Shown one piece after another: positions 47,471 to 57,063 of a DNA stretch of 64,000 nt. Position 1 is the first letter of the stretch; each line of letters begins with the position of its first letter. This DNA comes from an uncultured Alphaproteobacteria bacterium (lineage in GTDB: Bacteria > Pseudomonadota > Alphaproteobacteria > ATCC43930 > CGMCC-115725). The notes under the pieces were generated by a model that saw only the letters and a program-made list of their open reading frames with translations, had not been told where the DNA came from and did not search any database. Location: NCBI GenBank assembly GCA_963785735.1, contig CAWAWJ010000001.1:196873-260872 (forward strand), read 5' to 3'. The translations under genes were made by a program, and so were the position numbers.

Positions 47471-48589
47471 ATGAAAGACATGGCTCATCCAGCCGATAAC
47501 CCGGTCTCGCCGCGAGCCGCCGAGCTCGTCAGCGTCGTCATCCCGACCTATAACCGCGCCCGTCTGGTGTGTGTCGCGGTCGACAGCGTGCTGGCCCAGA
47601 CCCACCCGCAAGTCGAAATCATCGTCGTCGATGACGGTTCGACCGACGACACGCCGGAGAGGCTCGCGCGTTACGGCGGTCGTATCCGGGTTCTGCGGCA
47701 AGACAATGCCGGGGTCTGCGCCGCCCGCAACAACGGCATGGCGCGGGCCACCGGCCAATTCATCGCCTTGCTCGATTCCGACGACCGCTTCCTGCCCTGG
47801 AAACTCGCGGCCCAGCTCGCCGCTTTCCGCGCCGTGCCGGAGATGCAGCTGAGCTGGACCGACGCCGCCGTCATCGATCTCGGCGGAAGCCTCATTCACG
47901 CCCGGTCGCTGCGGCGGTTTTATCCCGGCAGTTTTTCCTATCTGCCCGAATCGGCGCTGTTCGAATCGGCCCTCGACCTGCGCGAGACGGCGCCCGATCT
48001 CGACGTGCCGGAGGAAAAAATTCCGCTGCGCATCGGCGATTTCTCGCGCAAGATCTATCTGGGAAATTTCTTCAACATGTCGACGGTGATGTTCCGCCGC
48101 GAATTGCTGGCGCGATGCGGCGGCTTCGACGTCGCGGTCGGCAATGCCGGCGAGGATTATGAATTTTACAGCCGCCTGGCGCAATGCGGCCCCGCCGGGC
48201 TGATCGATCTGAGCGCGGCGCAATGTTGCGCCGGCGGTTCGCTCAGCCGGCTGCGCACGCACACGGCGCTGGCCAACCTCGCCACCATCGCCAAGATCGA
48301 CCGCATGCTGGAAGGACGCCCGCATCTGCCGGCTTCCATCATCCGGCGCCGGCGGCGCGATTCCCACGCCTGGGCGGGGCAAGCTTTGTTCGACGACGAC
48401 CGGCCGGGGGAAGCGAGGATTCATCTCGCGCGCGCCTTGAGGATGGGCTGCGCCAATCCCCGGGTTTTCGCCTATTGGCTGTTGTCTTTCCTGCCGGTCG
48501 CCGCCGTTCGATCCATGCGGGGATTTTATCACGGGATGAAGCGGGCGCGGCCTTCCCCGCCCCCGGCGCCGGCCGCTTCAGCGGGGTAA
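47471..48589 (+). CDS. Glycosyltransferase family 2
   Basis: VSVVIPTYNRARLVCVAVDSVLAQTHPQVEIIVVDDGSTDDT and DxD LLDSDDRF. Confidence 0.85.
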   Translation: MKDMAHPADNPVSPRAAELVSVVIPTYNRARLVCVAVDSVLAQTHPQVEIIVVDDGSTDDTPERLARYGGRIRVLRQDNAGVCAARNNGMARATGQFIALLDSDDRFLPWKLAAQLAAFRAVPEMQLSWTDAAVIDLGGSLIHARSLRRFYPGSFSYLPESALFESALDLRETAPDLDVPEEKIPLRIGDFSRKIYLGNFFNMSTVMFRRELLARCGGFDVAVGNAGEDYEFYSRLAQCGPAGLIDLSAAQCCAGGSLSRLRTHTALANLATIAKIDRMLEGRPHLPASIIRRRRRDSHAWAGQALFDDDRPGEARIHLARALRMGCANPRVFAYWLLSFLPVAAVRSMRGFYHGMKRARPSPPPAPAASAG

Positions 48590-49555
48590 TTTCGCGCGGG
48601 CGGTCAGCGCCAGGGTGAAGAGCAGCCACTTGAACGAAAACCCGGTCGCCAGCCCTTCCCTTGCGTAATAGGCGGCGCTGGAGAATTCGGAGCGCCGGCT
48701 CAGCCCTTCGGCCATCTTCTTCAGCACATAGGATTTGTGGATCCGGCAATGCTTGCGGATTTCCGGATGGACGGCCAGCAGCGCCGATTTGTCGAGGACG
48801 GTGAGCTGGAAAAGCCGCTTCTCGATGTCGCTTACCAGCGTGGACATGCTGGCCGATTTGGCCGGATCGGGAATATTGTGCCGCGACGTGACCGACGGGT
48901 GGTACTTGATGAGGCGGGCCCGGTCGATCAGGCGCAGATAGAAATCGCGGTCGCATTCGTAGCGGATATTCTCGTCGAGGCCGCCCAAAGCCTTGAACAG
49001 ATCGCGATGCACGATGGTCGTGTTCAGATGGCAGAAGCCCACGGCCTCCAGCAGGTCCTTGGGCGTGACGGCAAAAGCGCCATGGGCATCGGGCGCGTGC
49101 GTCGGGGCGATGATGCCGGCCAAATTCTCGATCCAGATGGGGCGCTCGACCGGTTTGCCGTTCGCATAAGCCCGTTGATTGGTGAAATAGACATCGGCCG
49201 CGCCGCCCGCATCGGCGAGCACAGCCCGCGCCCGGCCAAGATGATCCGGATCGGTCCAATAATCGTCGTCGTCCAGCATGCCGATATAATTTCCGGCGGC
49301 GTGGCTTGCGCCGACATTGATCGCGTAGCTCTGGCCATGGCCGCGCGGCCGGGATACGAGATGCAGGAACCGCACCCGCCCCGCGAGATCCGCTTCCATT
49401 TGGCGGTAGAGCGATGCTGAATCGCCATCCGAGCCGTCATCGACGACGATGATTTCCTTGGCCGGATGGCGTTGCGCCAGAACCGAATCGATCGCGGCCC
49501 GCAACAAGGCCGGGCGATTGCGCGACGGAATGACGATCGAAAAATCCGGGTTCAT
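48578..49555 (-). CDS. Glycosyltransferase family 2
   Basis: In-frame part of ORF 48578..50131. Start ATG 49553-49555 (ATGA overlap with the upstream stop). FSIVIPSRNRPALLRAAIDSVLAQRHPAKEIIVVDDGSDGDS and MLDDDDYW. Confidence 0.85.
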   Translation of the reverse strand: MNPDFSIVIPSRNRPALLRAAIDSVLAQRHPAKEIIVVDDGSDGDSASLYRQMEADLAGRVRFLHLVSRPRGHGQSYAINVGASHAAGNYIGMLDDDDYWTDPDHLGRARAVLADAGGAADVYFTNQRAYANGKPVERPIWIENLAGIIAPTHAPDAHGAFAVTPKDLLEAVGFCHLNTTIVHRDLFKALGGLDENIRYECDRDFYLRLIDRARLIKYHPSVTSRHNIPDPAKSASMSTLVSDIEKRLFQLTVLDKSALLAVHPEIRKHCRIHKSYVLKKMAEGLSRRSEFSSAAYYAREGLATGFSFKWLLFTLALTARAKLPR

Positions 49556-50541
49556 GCGCGGACGTTCCCGTAGCGCGGCTCCGCCGAACGCGGCGTCACC
49601 GCCATCCCCCGCCAAAGCTTCCTCACCGCCTCTTCGACATCGCCGGGCGAAACGCCGCTCAGGCATTGCCGGTCGAACGGGCACGGCGAACGCAGCCAGC
49701 AGGGGGAGCAGGAGACAGGCGCCGCCAGCGCGACATTGCCCGGATAGAGCGTGTTCGCCGGGCCGATGTAGCCGCCATAGATCACAACCGACGGCGTTCC
49801 CGCCGCGGCGGCGACATGCATGGGCCCTGAATCCGGGCCGACATGGAGATCGGCCGCGGCGATCGCCGCCGCCAATTGTTCGAGCGAGGTGCGGCCGCGC
49901 AGATCGACGTAATTTCTCGGCGGCGGTTCGGCGGCGGCATGGCCGGCCTCGCCGATTTCGATGACACTGCCGAATTGCGCCAGCCTGCCGGCCAAGGCGA
50001 TCCAGGAGTAATCCGGCCAATCCTTGTTCGGCGTATGGCGGCCCGCCCGCCTCAGGATGACGATATGGGGGCGGGGAAGATGCGCCCACGACATGCGGAA
50101 ATCCTCGGCATAATCCGGCCGGATGACGCAATCGGGGCGGACATCCGTCACCCGCACGCCGAGCGTGTCGCCCATGATCTTGGCGAGATGCGAGCGGGGC
50201 GGGATCGCGTCCTCATAGCCGATGGAGATCGAATCGGAAGGCCGCTCGCCGAAGGGCAGCACCGCGTCGATATAGGGCAATCCGCGCACGATTTCGGGCA
50301 GGTCGGTATAAAACCGGATGAAGCATTTGGGATTGAGGCGCTTCACTTCGCGCAAAGCCGGCGTGCACATCAGCACGTCGCCCAATCCCATGTTGCGGTG
50401 GACATGCAGAATGGCGGAGCGCCAGGGTGCCCGGAAGGGAACCGGATTGCGGGCGAAGCGCGCCAGCGCGCCGGAATTCCCCAGCACCGAGGGCCGGCGA
50501 AGTTCGGTGATGCAGTGGCGCGCGAGCGCGGGGAAGATCAT
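49552..50541 (-). CDS. Glycosyltransferase family 9 (heptosyltransferase-like)
   Basis: 329 aa. GLGDVLMCTPALREVKRLNP and LEQLAAAIAAADLHVGPDSGPMHVAAAAGTPSVVIYGG are hallmark GT9 motifs. Confidence 0.75.
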   Translation of the reverse strand: MIFPALARHCITELRRPSVLGNSGALARFARNPVPFRAPWRSAILHVHRNMGLGDVLMCTPALREVKRLNPKCFIRFYTDLPEIVRGLPYIDAVLPFGERPSDSISIGYEDAIPPRSHLAKIMGDTLGVRVTDVRPDCVIRPDYAEDFRMSWAHLPRPHIVILRRAGRHTPNKDWPDYSWIALAGRLAQFGSVIEIGEAGHAAAEPPPRNYVDLRGRTSLEQLAAAIAAADLHVGPDSGPMHVAAAAGTPSVVIYGGYIGPANTLYPGNVALAAPVSCSPCWLRSPCPFDRQCLSGVSPGDVEEAVRKLWRGMAVTPRSAEPRYGNVRA

Positions 50542-50569
50542 CGCCGATAATCCATGTCAAATCCGGCCA

Positions 50570-52126
50570 CTACGCGCCCGGCGCGGCCGATTGGACGCCG
50601 TCGAGATAGGCGGGGAGCGGCGTCATGGCCCGCAGGAAATCTTCCAGGGTTTGCTCGGGCGCGGCGCGGCCGCTCTGCCGGGGCGCGGCCAAGGCGACGA
50701 AAGCCGCAAGGGCGGGCCGGCCCAGGATCACGTCGCGCGCCAGACGCAGCTTGGCCTCGAGGCCGCTCGATGTGACGGCGCCGTCGACCACGTAGAAATA
50801 CCAGACCAGCCGCGCGCGCTGTCCGGAATGGATCTCGGCCGAGGCCAGCACCGGCGGATAGCCCGGAATGTCGATGCGGGCCGAGCCCAGGGTCGAGCGC
50901 ACCCAGATATCGTCGTCGACCACGCGGTTCTGGCTGCGCACCAGATTGTTGTGGCGGCCATAGATGTCGTAGAGCGCGACGTAACGCTCGATGGTTGCGC
51001 CATCGCCCTCGCCTTCACGCGTGAAGGAATCGCGGAATTCCCGGTCGGGCTCCATGATGACCGGCTGCCAATCGTCCTTGGCGCCGGAAGCGGCCCGCCA
51101 CGGCGGAGCCACATCGGGCGCCGCGGCGCGGGCGAGATCGAGCGTATGCGCGGGCTGGTCGAGCCGGGCCAGATAGGCGGGCCCAAGCGCCGCCAGCGCC
51201 AGCGCGACCGCCACCGCCACCGCCGGCGATTTGCGCGACGGCGCCGATACGGGAGACGGCGCGGGCGGCGCGGCTTGCGCCAGGCCCTTGTCGGCAAAGC
51301 GCATGCCGATGACGATCTGCAGCAGCAACACGGCGGTGAAGAAACCCCAGCCATAGACGATGTGGTCGGCTTCGACCGCGGTGACGTCGTTGGTCAGATG
51401 CGCCAGATAGATGATGCCGAAGGCGCGCAAGCCGTTGGCGAGGATCGGCACCACCAGCGACGCCAGGATGAAGGCCACGCGCTTCCACCACAGGCGATAG
51501 ACCATGAGCGCGAAGAAAACGCCGAAGGCGATCGAGGCGACGAGGAAGCGCAAGCCGGCGCAGGCCTCGGCGACGATGAAATCGCCCTCGGGGATCGAAA
51601 TCATGATGCCGTCGGAATAGACCGGTACGTTGAAGGCCTGGAGCATATCGACGGCGAAACGCGCGGTCAGATCCTGGAGATGCGGCACCAGATATTCGCC
51701 GCTCGGCACCAGCAGATAAAGATAGAGCAACGGCCCGAACATCAGGCGATAAACCCGCCACCCCAGCGCCGTCAGCAGAATCACCTGCACCATGGTGATG
51801 AAGACGAATTGCTGGAATTCGAGCACGCCCAGCACCGCCATCAGCAGCCAGGCGAAGGACAGCAAGGGCAGCAACACGAGCGCGCGAAAATCCGGGCTGG
51901 GAGTTTCGCCCGCGAGAAAGCGGCGGCGGTCCCAGATCATGTAGAGCGCGATCGGCAGAACCAGGAAACAATGGTTGTATGTCGGCGAGACCAGCCAGAC
52001 GCGCCACGCGCCGGCGATCTCGCGCCAGAAAACGAAGCCCAGCACCAGGCATGCCAATCCGAGGACCGGCGCGAGCGCCCGCCAGGGGCGCGAAGGCGCG
52101 GCACCGTGAATCGCCGGGGCGCTCAT
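50570..52126 (-). CDS. xrtA: Exosortase A (XrtA) fused to an EpsI-family domain
   Basis: In-frame part of ORF 50570..52639. Start ATG 52124-52126 (ATGA overlap). Exosortase catalytic motifs AEACAGLRFL (Cys), ANGLRAFGI (Arg) and EADHIVYGWGF (His) in a polytopic core. The C-terminal ~200 aa are a periplasmic EpsI-like domain. Confidence 0.85.
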   Translation of the reverse strand: MSAPAIHGAAPSRPWRALAPVLGLACLVLGFVFWREIAGAWRVWLVSPTYNHCFLVLPIALYMIWDRRRFLAGETPSPDFRALVLLPLLSFAWLLMAVLGVLEFQQFVFITMVQVILLTALGWRVYRLMFGPLLYLYLLVPSGEYLVPHLQDLTARFAVDMLQAFNVPVYSDGIMISIPEGDFIVAEACAGLRFLVASIAFGVFFALMVYRLWWKRVAFILASLVVPILANGLRAFGIIYLAHLTNDVTAVEADHIVYGWGFFTAVLLLQIVIGMRFADKGLAQAAPPAPSPVSAPSRKSPAVAVAVALALAALGPAYLARLDQPAHTLDLARAAAPDVAPPWRAASGAKDDWQPVIMEPDREFRDSFTREGEGDGATIERYVALYDIYGRHNNLVRSQNRVVDDDIWVRSTLGSARIDIPGYPPVLASAEIHSGQRARLVWYFYVVDGAVTSSGLEAKLRLARDVILGRPALAAFVALAAPRQSGRAAPEQTLEDFLRAMTPLPAYLDGVQSAAPGA

Positions 52127-53373
52127 GGCGCACCCGCCGCGGCCACGCGCGCGCGCAGATCGTCGCGCCGCGCCGCCAGATCCGGATCTTCGTAAAGCGC
52201 ATCGAGGGGCGCGAGTTTCGCTTCCCAGCGGTAATCGGCCTCGACCCGGGCGCGCGCGCGGGCGCCCATTCCGGCAGCATCGCCACGCAGAACGCGAAGC
52301 AAGGAAGCGGCGAAATCCTGGGGATCGGATGCGACCAGCGCTTCCTCGCCCGGCTTCAGCGCAATTCCTTCGAGCGCCTGGGGCGAAGCCACCACCGGCT
52401 TTCCCATGGCCATGGCTTCGAGCACCTTGTTCTGGATGCCGCGCGCGATCCGGAGCGGCGCCACCGCCGCGCGCGCGAAGGCGAGATAGGGGCGGATATC
52501 CGGAACCCGGCCGGTGACGCGGATATCCGGCGCATCGGCGAGGCGGCGCACCGAGAGCGCGGGATTGGAACCCACGATCCAGAATTCGAGCCCGGGCGCC
52601 TTCCCGCGCAAGAGCGGCATCACCCTTGCCGCGAACCACAGCACGGCGTCGATATTGGGCCGGTAATCCATCGCGCCGGTGAAAACCAAGGGCCGGCTAT
52701 CGTGCCCGTAGGGATTGGCGAAGGACCGCGACGGATTGAACCGGTCGAGATCGACGCCATTGCCCAAAGCGATAACCCGGCTTGCCGATTCGGGCGCGTG
52801 GGCCAGGAACAGGTTCGCTTCGGCGGCGGACACGAACAGCGTGCGGCCGAAGATGGCCGCCGCGCGGCGTTCGAGATCCAGCACGGTTTTGCCCTCGCGG
52901 CGGTAAAGCATATTGGATGGGAAGCGGCTCGCCTCCGCGTATTGCCGCCACTTCTCGGAATCGACATCGACCATGTCGATGACGCTGCGCTCGAAGCGGT
53001 AGGACATGAGATAAGGCGCCATCGCCGAGCAATAGGCGAAGGCGAAACGCGGGCGGGCGCGAATCATGGTTTCGGCGACCCAGCGCGTCATGCGGCGGTC
53101 GCGGAAATAACGCTCGGTCAGCGACTGGCCGGTGGCGAGCGCCGCGGCGCTTTTGAGCCGCGCCAGGACGGGATCGATGCGCGGGCAAAAGAGGCTCGCG
53201 CAGATGCGGCCCAATTCGCCCACATGCGCGGCGTCGCGCTTGTCGTCGATGAAGGCGCCGAGATGAACGCGGAACCGCTCGGCCAAATGCGACAGCATCC
53301 GCCAGGAGCGGATCTTGTCGCCCTTGTCCGGCGGAAAGGGCAGCCGGTGCGCGAGAAAAATAAGGTCGTCCAT
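52123..53373 (-). CDS. PEP-CTERM/XrtA-system-associated glycosyltransferase (GT-B)
   Basis: Start set at ATG 53373 (MDDLIFLAHRLPFPPDKGDKIRSWRMLSHLA, the characteristic N-terminus of this family as I recall it). C-terminal GIQNKVLEAMAMGKPVVAS. Confidence 0.8.
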   Translation of the reverse strand: MDDLIFLAHRLPFPPDKGDKIRSWRMLSHLAERFRVHLGAFIDDKRDAAHVGELGRICASLFCPRIDPVLARLKSAAALATGQSLTERYFRDRRMTRWVAETMIRARPRFAFAYCSAMAPYLMSYRFERSVIDMVDVDSEKWRQYAEASRFPSNMLYRREGKTVLDLERRAAAIFGRTLFVSAAEANLFLAHAPESASRVIALGNGVDLDRFNPSRSFANPYGHDSRPLVFTGAMDYRPNIDAVLWFAARVMPLLRGKAPGLEFWIVGSNPALSVRRLADAPDIRVTGRVPDIRPYLAFARAAVAPLRIARGIQNKVLEAMAMGKPVVASPQALEGIALKPGEEALVASDPQDFAASLLRVLRGDAAGMGARARARVEADYRWEAKLAPLDALYEDPDLAARRDDLRARVAAAGAP

Positions 53374-53472
53374 GAGTCTATTCCCGCCCCCAGTTTGCGC
53401 CCGCGGGGCTGAATCCTTTGCTAAGAAACCGGGCAAAGGACTGAAATAGAAGGGATTTTTCCCGGGACCCGG

Positions 53473-54360
53473 TCATCGCCGGACGCCCAGAAAGACCTCG
53501 TCCATGGGTCCCCAGGCGAAGTCCCCGAGCAGGCGTTCGAGGCGGCCCTCCATGCGCGCGAGGTTGAGGTAATGGCGCAGGCGGGATTTGAAGGGAAGGC
53601 CCGGCACGCGCGGCTGGCCCGGGTCGATCTCCCAGGGGTGGAGATAGAACACCGCCGCGCGGTTTTCTTGCGCGTTGACGCGGCCGAGGCTCCAGCGCGA
53701 CACCGCATAGGGCAAGAGGCGGAAATATCCCCCGCCCGAGGAGGGCCAATTGCGGCCGAAAAGCCGCAGCGTGGTGAGCGGCACTTCGAGCAAGCCCTTG
53801 GCCCCGGCGCGGAACGGCGCGCGGGGTGCCTCGGGCATGCCGTAGAGATCATGCGCGATCGGATAGATGCTCGAGCTGTAGGCGAAGCCTTCCTCCGCCA
53901 GCACGTCATGGGTCCAAAGATTGGCGGATCCGATGGAAAACGTCGCGGCGCGATAGCCCGCGACCGCGACGCCGCCCAAATCCTCGAGCAGCTTCTTGCT
54001 GCGCCGGACATCGGCGCGGAATTCGGCCGGCGTCTGGCGGTCGGCGCGTTCGTGCTGGACGCCGTGGCTCGCGAGTTCGTGGCCCGATGCGACGATGCGC
54101 CGGATCAGGACGGGATGGCGCTCGGCGACCCAGCCGAGGACGAAGAAGGTCGCCTTGACATGGGACCGCGCGAACAGATCGAGCAGCCGGGAGGTCGAGG
54201 CCTCGACCCGCGACGGCATCGCGTCCCAATCCCGGCGCGGCACCGCGCGCGACAACGCCTCGACCTGGAAATAATCCTCGACGTCGACGGTCATGGCGTT
54301 CAAGACGCGCCCGCCGGCCTTGCGGAGCTGTCCCTCGCGGTTCGGCCCGGTGCCATCCAT
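53473..54360 (-). CDS. Polysaccharide deacetylase, XrtA/PEP-CTERM locus subfamily
   Basis: NAMTVDVEDYFQVEAL.., FFVLGWVAERHP, ELASHGVQH (CE4-type motifs). Alternative start ATG 54294. Confidence 0.8.
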   Translation of the reverse strand: MDGTGPNREGQLRKAGGRVLNAMTVDVEDYFQVEALSRAVPRRDWDAMPSRVEASTSRLLDLFARSHVKATFFVLGWVAERHPVLIRRIVASGHELASHGVQHERADRQTPAEFRADVRRSKKLLEDLGGVAVAGYRAATFSIGSANLWTHDVLAEEGFAYSSSIYPIAHDLYGMPEAPRAPFRAGAKGLLEVPLTTLRLFGRNWPSSGGGYFRLLPYAVSRWSLGRVNAQENRAAVFYLHPWEIDPGQPRVPGLPFKSRLRHYLNLARMEGRLERLLGDFAWGPMDEVFLGVRR

Positions 54361-54370
54361 CGATCCGCTC

Positions 54371-56023
54371 CTAGAAGACCTTGCGCAAGGAGAAGACCAG
54401 CGAATTGCGGATAACGCTGGTGTTGGGGTTCTGCGTGTCGGAATAGATGAAGGAGTAGGAGACGTCGCCGAACAGGGTGTCGCCGAACTGGTGGCTGAAC
54501 GAGACCAGATTGTAGAAGGAGTGCGCGTGCTCGAAGCCGCGCGCGTAATAGCTGGTCAGGAAATAGAGGGTGTTCAATTCGTTCAGCGAGCGGCTCCAAT
54601 TGGCGGAGACGCCGCTATACTGGTCGCTCGGCCCCAGGCCGGTGAGCGAGGTCAATTCTTCGTGGTTGACGCTCAGGACAAAACGGTCGGTGGCGAGCTG
54701 GGTGACGATGCTGGCCGAATAATTCCGCAGCCGGTCGATGTCGTTCTGCAGGCTCAATTCGTTGTTGGTGAGCGAAAGCGGCAGGCCGGTGGTGGCGCTG
54801 ACGGTCGTGCCGTTCGGCCCCAGCACGGCGCCGTTGAGGTTGCCCAGGAGCACCTGCTGCGGCGTGGATGTCGATTGCGAGTAATCCGCGTAGAGGGTGG
54901 TGAGCGGCGTGATCGAATAGCGCAAATTGCCGAGGAAGGAATTGCTGCCGTCGCGGCGGCCGTAATTGAGCGTGAGCTCGGAATCCTGGTTGGGTTCGTA
55001 GACGATGCCGCCATACCAGGTCGGCCCGTTCAGGTTCGAGACCTGCCGAGTCTCGTAATCGATCGTCTGCCAGCCGCCCGCCCCCACCAGCGCGAAATTG
55101 CTGCGCAGATGGAACCGGAGTTCGTCGATGGCGAGGGTCTGCCGGTTCGAGCCGACGCCGTTGGTGACGCTGGTTTGCTGGCCATCGAGCTTGAGGCTGT
55201 TGCTGACGAATTTTCCGGCGTCGCCCGAATCGAGGGTGTCGCGCAATTCCTGATAGGTCGCATCGCCGATCGCCAAGGTGACGTTGGAGCCGCCGGTGGT
55301 GCCGGTGACGCCGGTGTCGGTGATGCTGGTATTGCCGCGAAACAGGGTCTCGCCGATGGTGTAGCGCAGCTCGTTGTCGCCCACGCTGTCGAAATGGGTA
55401 CGCATCACCGGGCTGAGATCGCCGGCGTAGCTCGCGACGCGGTTATTGGCGGTGAGATCGTTCGTCGGCAGGCCGCCGAAAGAGCCGTCGCGCGAGCTTT
55501 GGGACGCCGAGGCGCTGGCGTCGAGATCGAGCGTGTCGTCCGGGATCAGCCGGGCGACGGCTTCGAGAAACAAATTTTGGTCGATATGATTCAAATCGGG
55601 CGCCGCGAAATAGCGCTGGATGGAGGGCTGATAGTCGAGATTGGCGGTCAGCCGCGGCGAATCGCCGCCGATATAGATGCCGGGCGAGACCGTGGTGATG
55701 ACGTCGGCGACGCGGCCGCCGGACTGGGCGTTGCGGACGTTGTCGGTGAACTCCACCGAACCGCTGATGCGGGGAGAGATCAGCCACAACGGGGCGCCGG
55801 GCGGAAGATGTTGCCTGAGGTCGTCGGAATTCTGACGCAGCAGCGGATCGTAGAACGGCGGCGTCGGCCCGTTGCCCTGATCGTCGAGCGGACCTAGCGC
55901 GAATTGGGCCGAGGCCCGCCCAGCCGCGAGGACGATTGCGGCTGAGAGGAAGGCGGCCAGCGTACGGGTGATTTGCATTCTGCGCTCGACACGGGCTTCT
56001 GCATGGGATGCGGGATGGATCAA
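54371..56023 (-). CDS. PEP-CTERM-system-associated outer-membrane beta-barrel protein
   Basis: Signal peptide MQITRTLAAFLSAAIVLAAGRASA (alternative start ATG 55978). Long Ser/Thr/Gly/Asn/Tyr-rich body with alternating pattern and a C-terminal ..SLVFSLRKVF ending in Phe, typical of OM barrels. Confidence 0.6.
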   Translation of the reverse strand: MIHPASHAEARVERRMQITRTLAAFLSAAIVLAAGRASAQFALGPLDDQGNGPTPPFYDPLLRQNSDDLRQHLPPGAPLWLISPRISGSVEFTDNVRNAQSGGRVADVITTVSPGIYIGGDSPRLTANLDYQPSIQRYFAAPDLNHIDQNLFLEAVARLIPDDTLDLDASASASQSSRDGSFGGLPTNDLTANNRVASYAGDLSPVMRTHFDSVGDNELRYTIGETLFRGNTSITDTGVTGTTGGSNVTLAIGDATYQELRDTLDSGDAGKFVSNSLKLDGQQTSVTNGVGSNRQTLAIDELRFHLRSNFALVGAGGWQTIDYETRQVSNLNGPTWYGGIVYEPNQDSELTLNYGRRDGSNSFLGNLRYSITPLTTLYADYSQSTSTPQQVLLGNLNGAVLGPNGTTVSATTGLPLSLTNNELSLQNDIDRLRNYSASIVTQLATDRFVLSVNHEELTSLTGLGPSDQYSGVSANWSRSLNELNTLYFLTSYYARGFEHAHSFYNLVSFSHQFGDTLFGDVSYSFIYSDTQNPNTSVIRNSLVFSLRKVF

Positions 56024-57063
56024 TAGTCGGAATAGGAGCCGAACTGGTCGGCCGCCGAGGTGCGGATCTTGTTCAAGAGGAGGCTGATGATCGGGCAGGC
56101 GCTGACCAGACCCACTGCGGTCTCGACCTCTTCCTGCTGGGTGCGGTCGGCCTCGACCACCATCACGATCTGGCCGACCAATCCGGCGAGCACCGCCGGG
56201 TCGCTGGAGCCGAGAACCGAGGGCGCATCGAAAATGATGAAGCGGTCGGAATAGCGCTGCGTCATCTCGGTGAACATCGCGCGGGTTCGCTTGCTCGACA
56301 ACAGCTCGGGCGAGCGGATGTTGGGCGTGCCCGCCGGCATGACCGTGAGATTCGGCAAATTGGTGCGCAACACCACGTCGGAGAAATCGACCTCGGGGTT
56401 GGACAGGAGGTCGGTCAGGCCGTAATTGGCCGGAATGCCCATCATGTCCTGCATGGCGTGATACTTGGTGTCGAGATCGATCAGCAGGACCTTGAGATCC
56501 TGCTCGGTGGCGATGGAAAGGGCGAGATTGATGGCGGCGAAGGTCTTGCCCTCGCGCGGCCGGGCCGAGGTCACCATGATGACGCGGTTCTTGTTCATCG
56601 CGTCGTCGGCGGCCTCTTCCATGTAATTGCCGACCACCTGGCGCTTGACCATGCGGAACTCCTCGACCACGCGCGAGCGCTTCGCCGAGGGAATGGTGAT
56701 GCCGTGGCGCGCCAGGCTGTTGCGGTCGATCGAGACCTGGCGGCTCACCGCCGGCGCGGGCGCCGTTTCCTCGACGAATTCCTCTTCATAGGCGGGCGCG
56801 GCCCGGAGCTGCGGCGCGGGGCCGCGATGGCGCGGGGCGGCGGGCCTGGCGGCCATCACCGGCTCGCGATAGGCGGATCCTGCCGGCGCGCTTTGCGGCG
56901 CGTAAGCGGCGGGGGTGGCCTGCTGCGGAACATAGGCATCGTTGACCGGCGGCGCCGGGGGCGGCGCGTAGGATTCGGCCGGCGGCGCGGCCGAAGCCTG
57001 GCCGCGGCCGCGCAGATGGGCGGCGGCGCGTTCGATCAGTTTGCGCGAGGTTTCGTCGATCAT
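56020..57063 (-). CDS. Exopolysaccharide tyrosine autokinase (BY-kinase catalytic subunit, EpsG-type)
   Basis: 347 aa. Walker A VTSARPREGKTFAAINLA, Walker A' LLIDLD, Walker B IIFDAPS, C-terminal tyrosines ..FGSYSDY. The N-terminus has a Pro/Ala/Tyr-rich segment. Confidence 0.8.
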   Translation of the reverse strand: MIDETSRKLIERAAAHLRGRGQASAAPPAESYAPPPAPPVNDAYVPQQATPAAYAPQSAPAGSAYREPVMAARPAAPRHRGPAPQLRAAPAYEEEFVEETAPAPAVSRQVSIDRNSLARHGITIPSAKRSRVVEEFRMVKRQVVGNYMEEAADDAMNKNRVIMVTSARPREGKTFAAINLALSIATEQDLKVLLIDLDTKYHAMQDMMGIPANYGLTDLLSNPEVDFSDVVLRTNLPNLTVMPAGTPNIRSPELLSSKRTRAMFTEMTQRYSDRFIIFDAPSVLGSSDPAVLAGLVGQIVMVVEADRTQQEEVETAVGLVSACPIISLLLNKIRTSAADQFGSYSDY

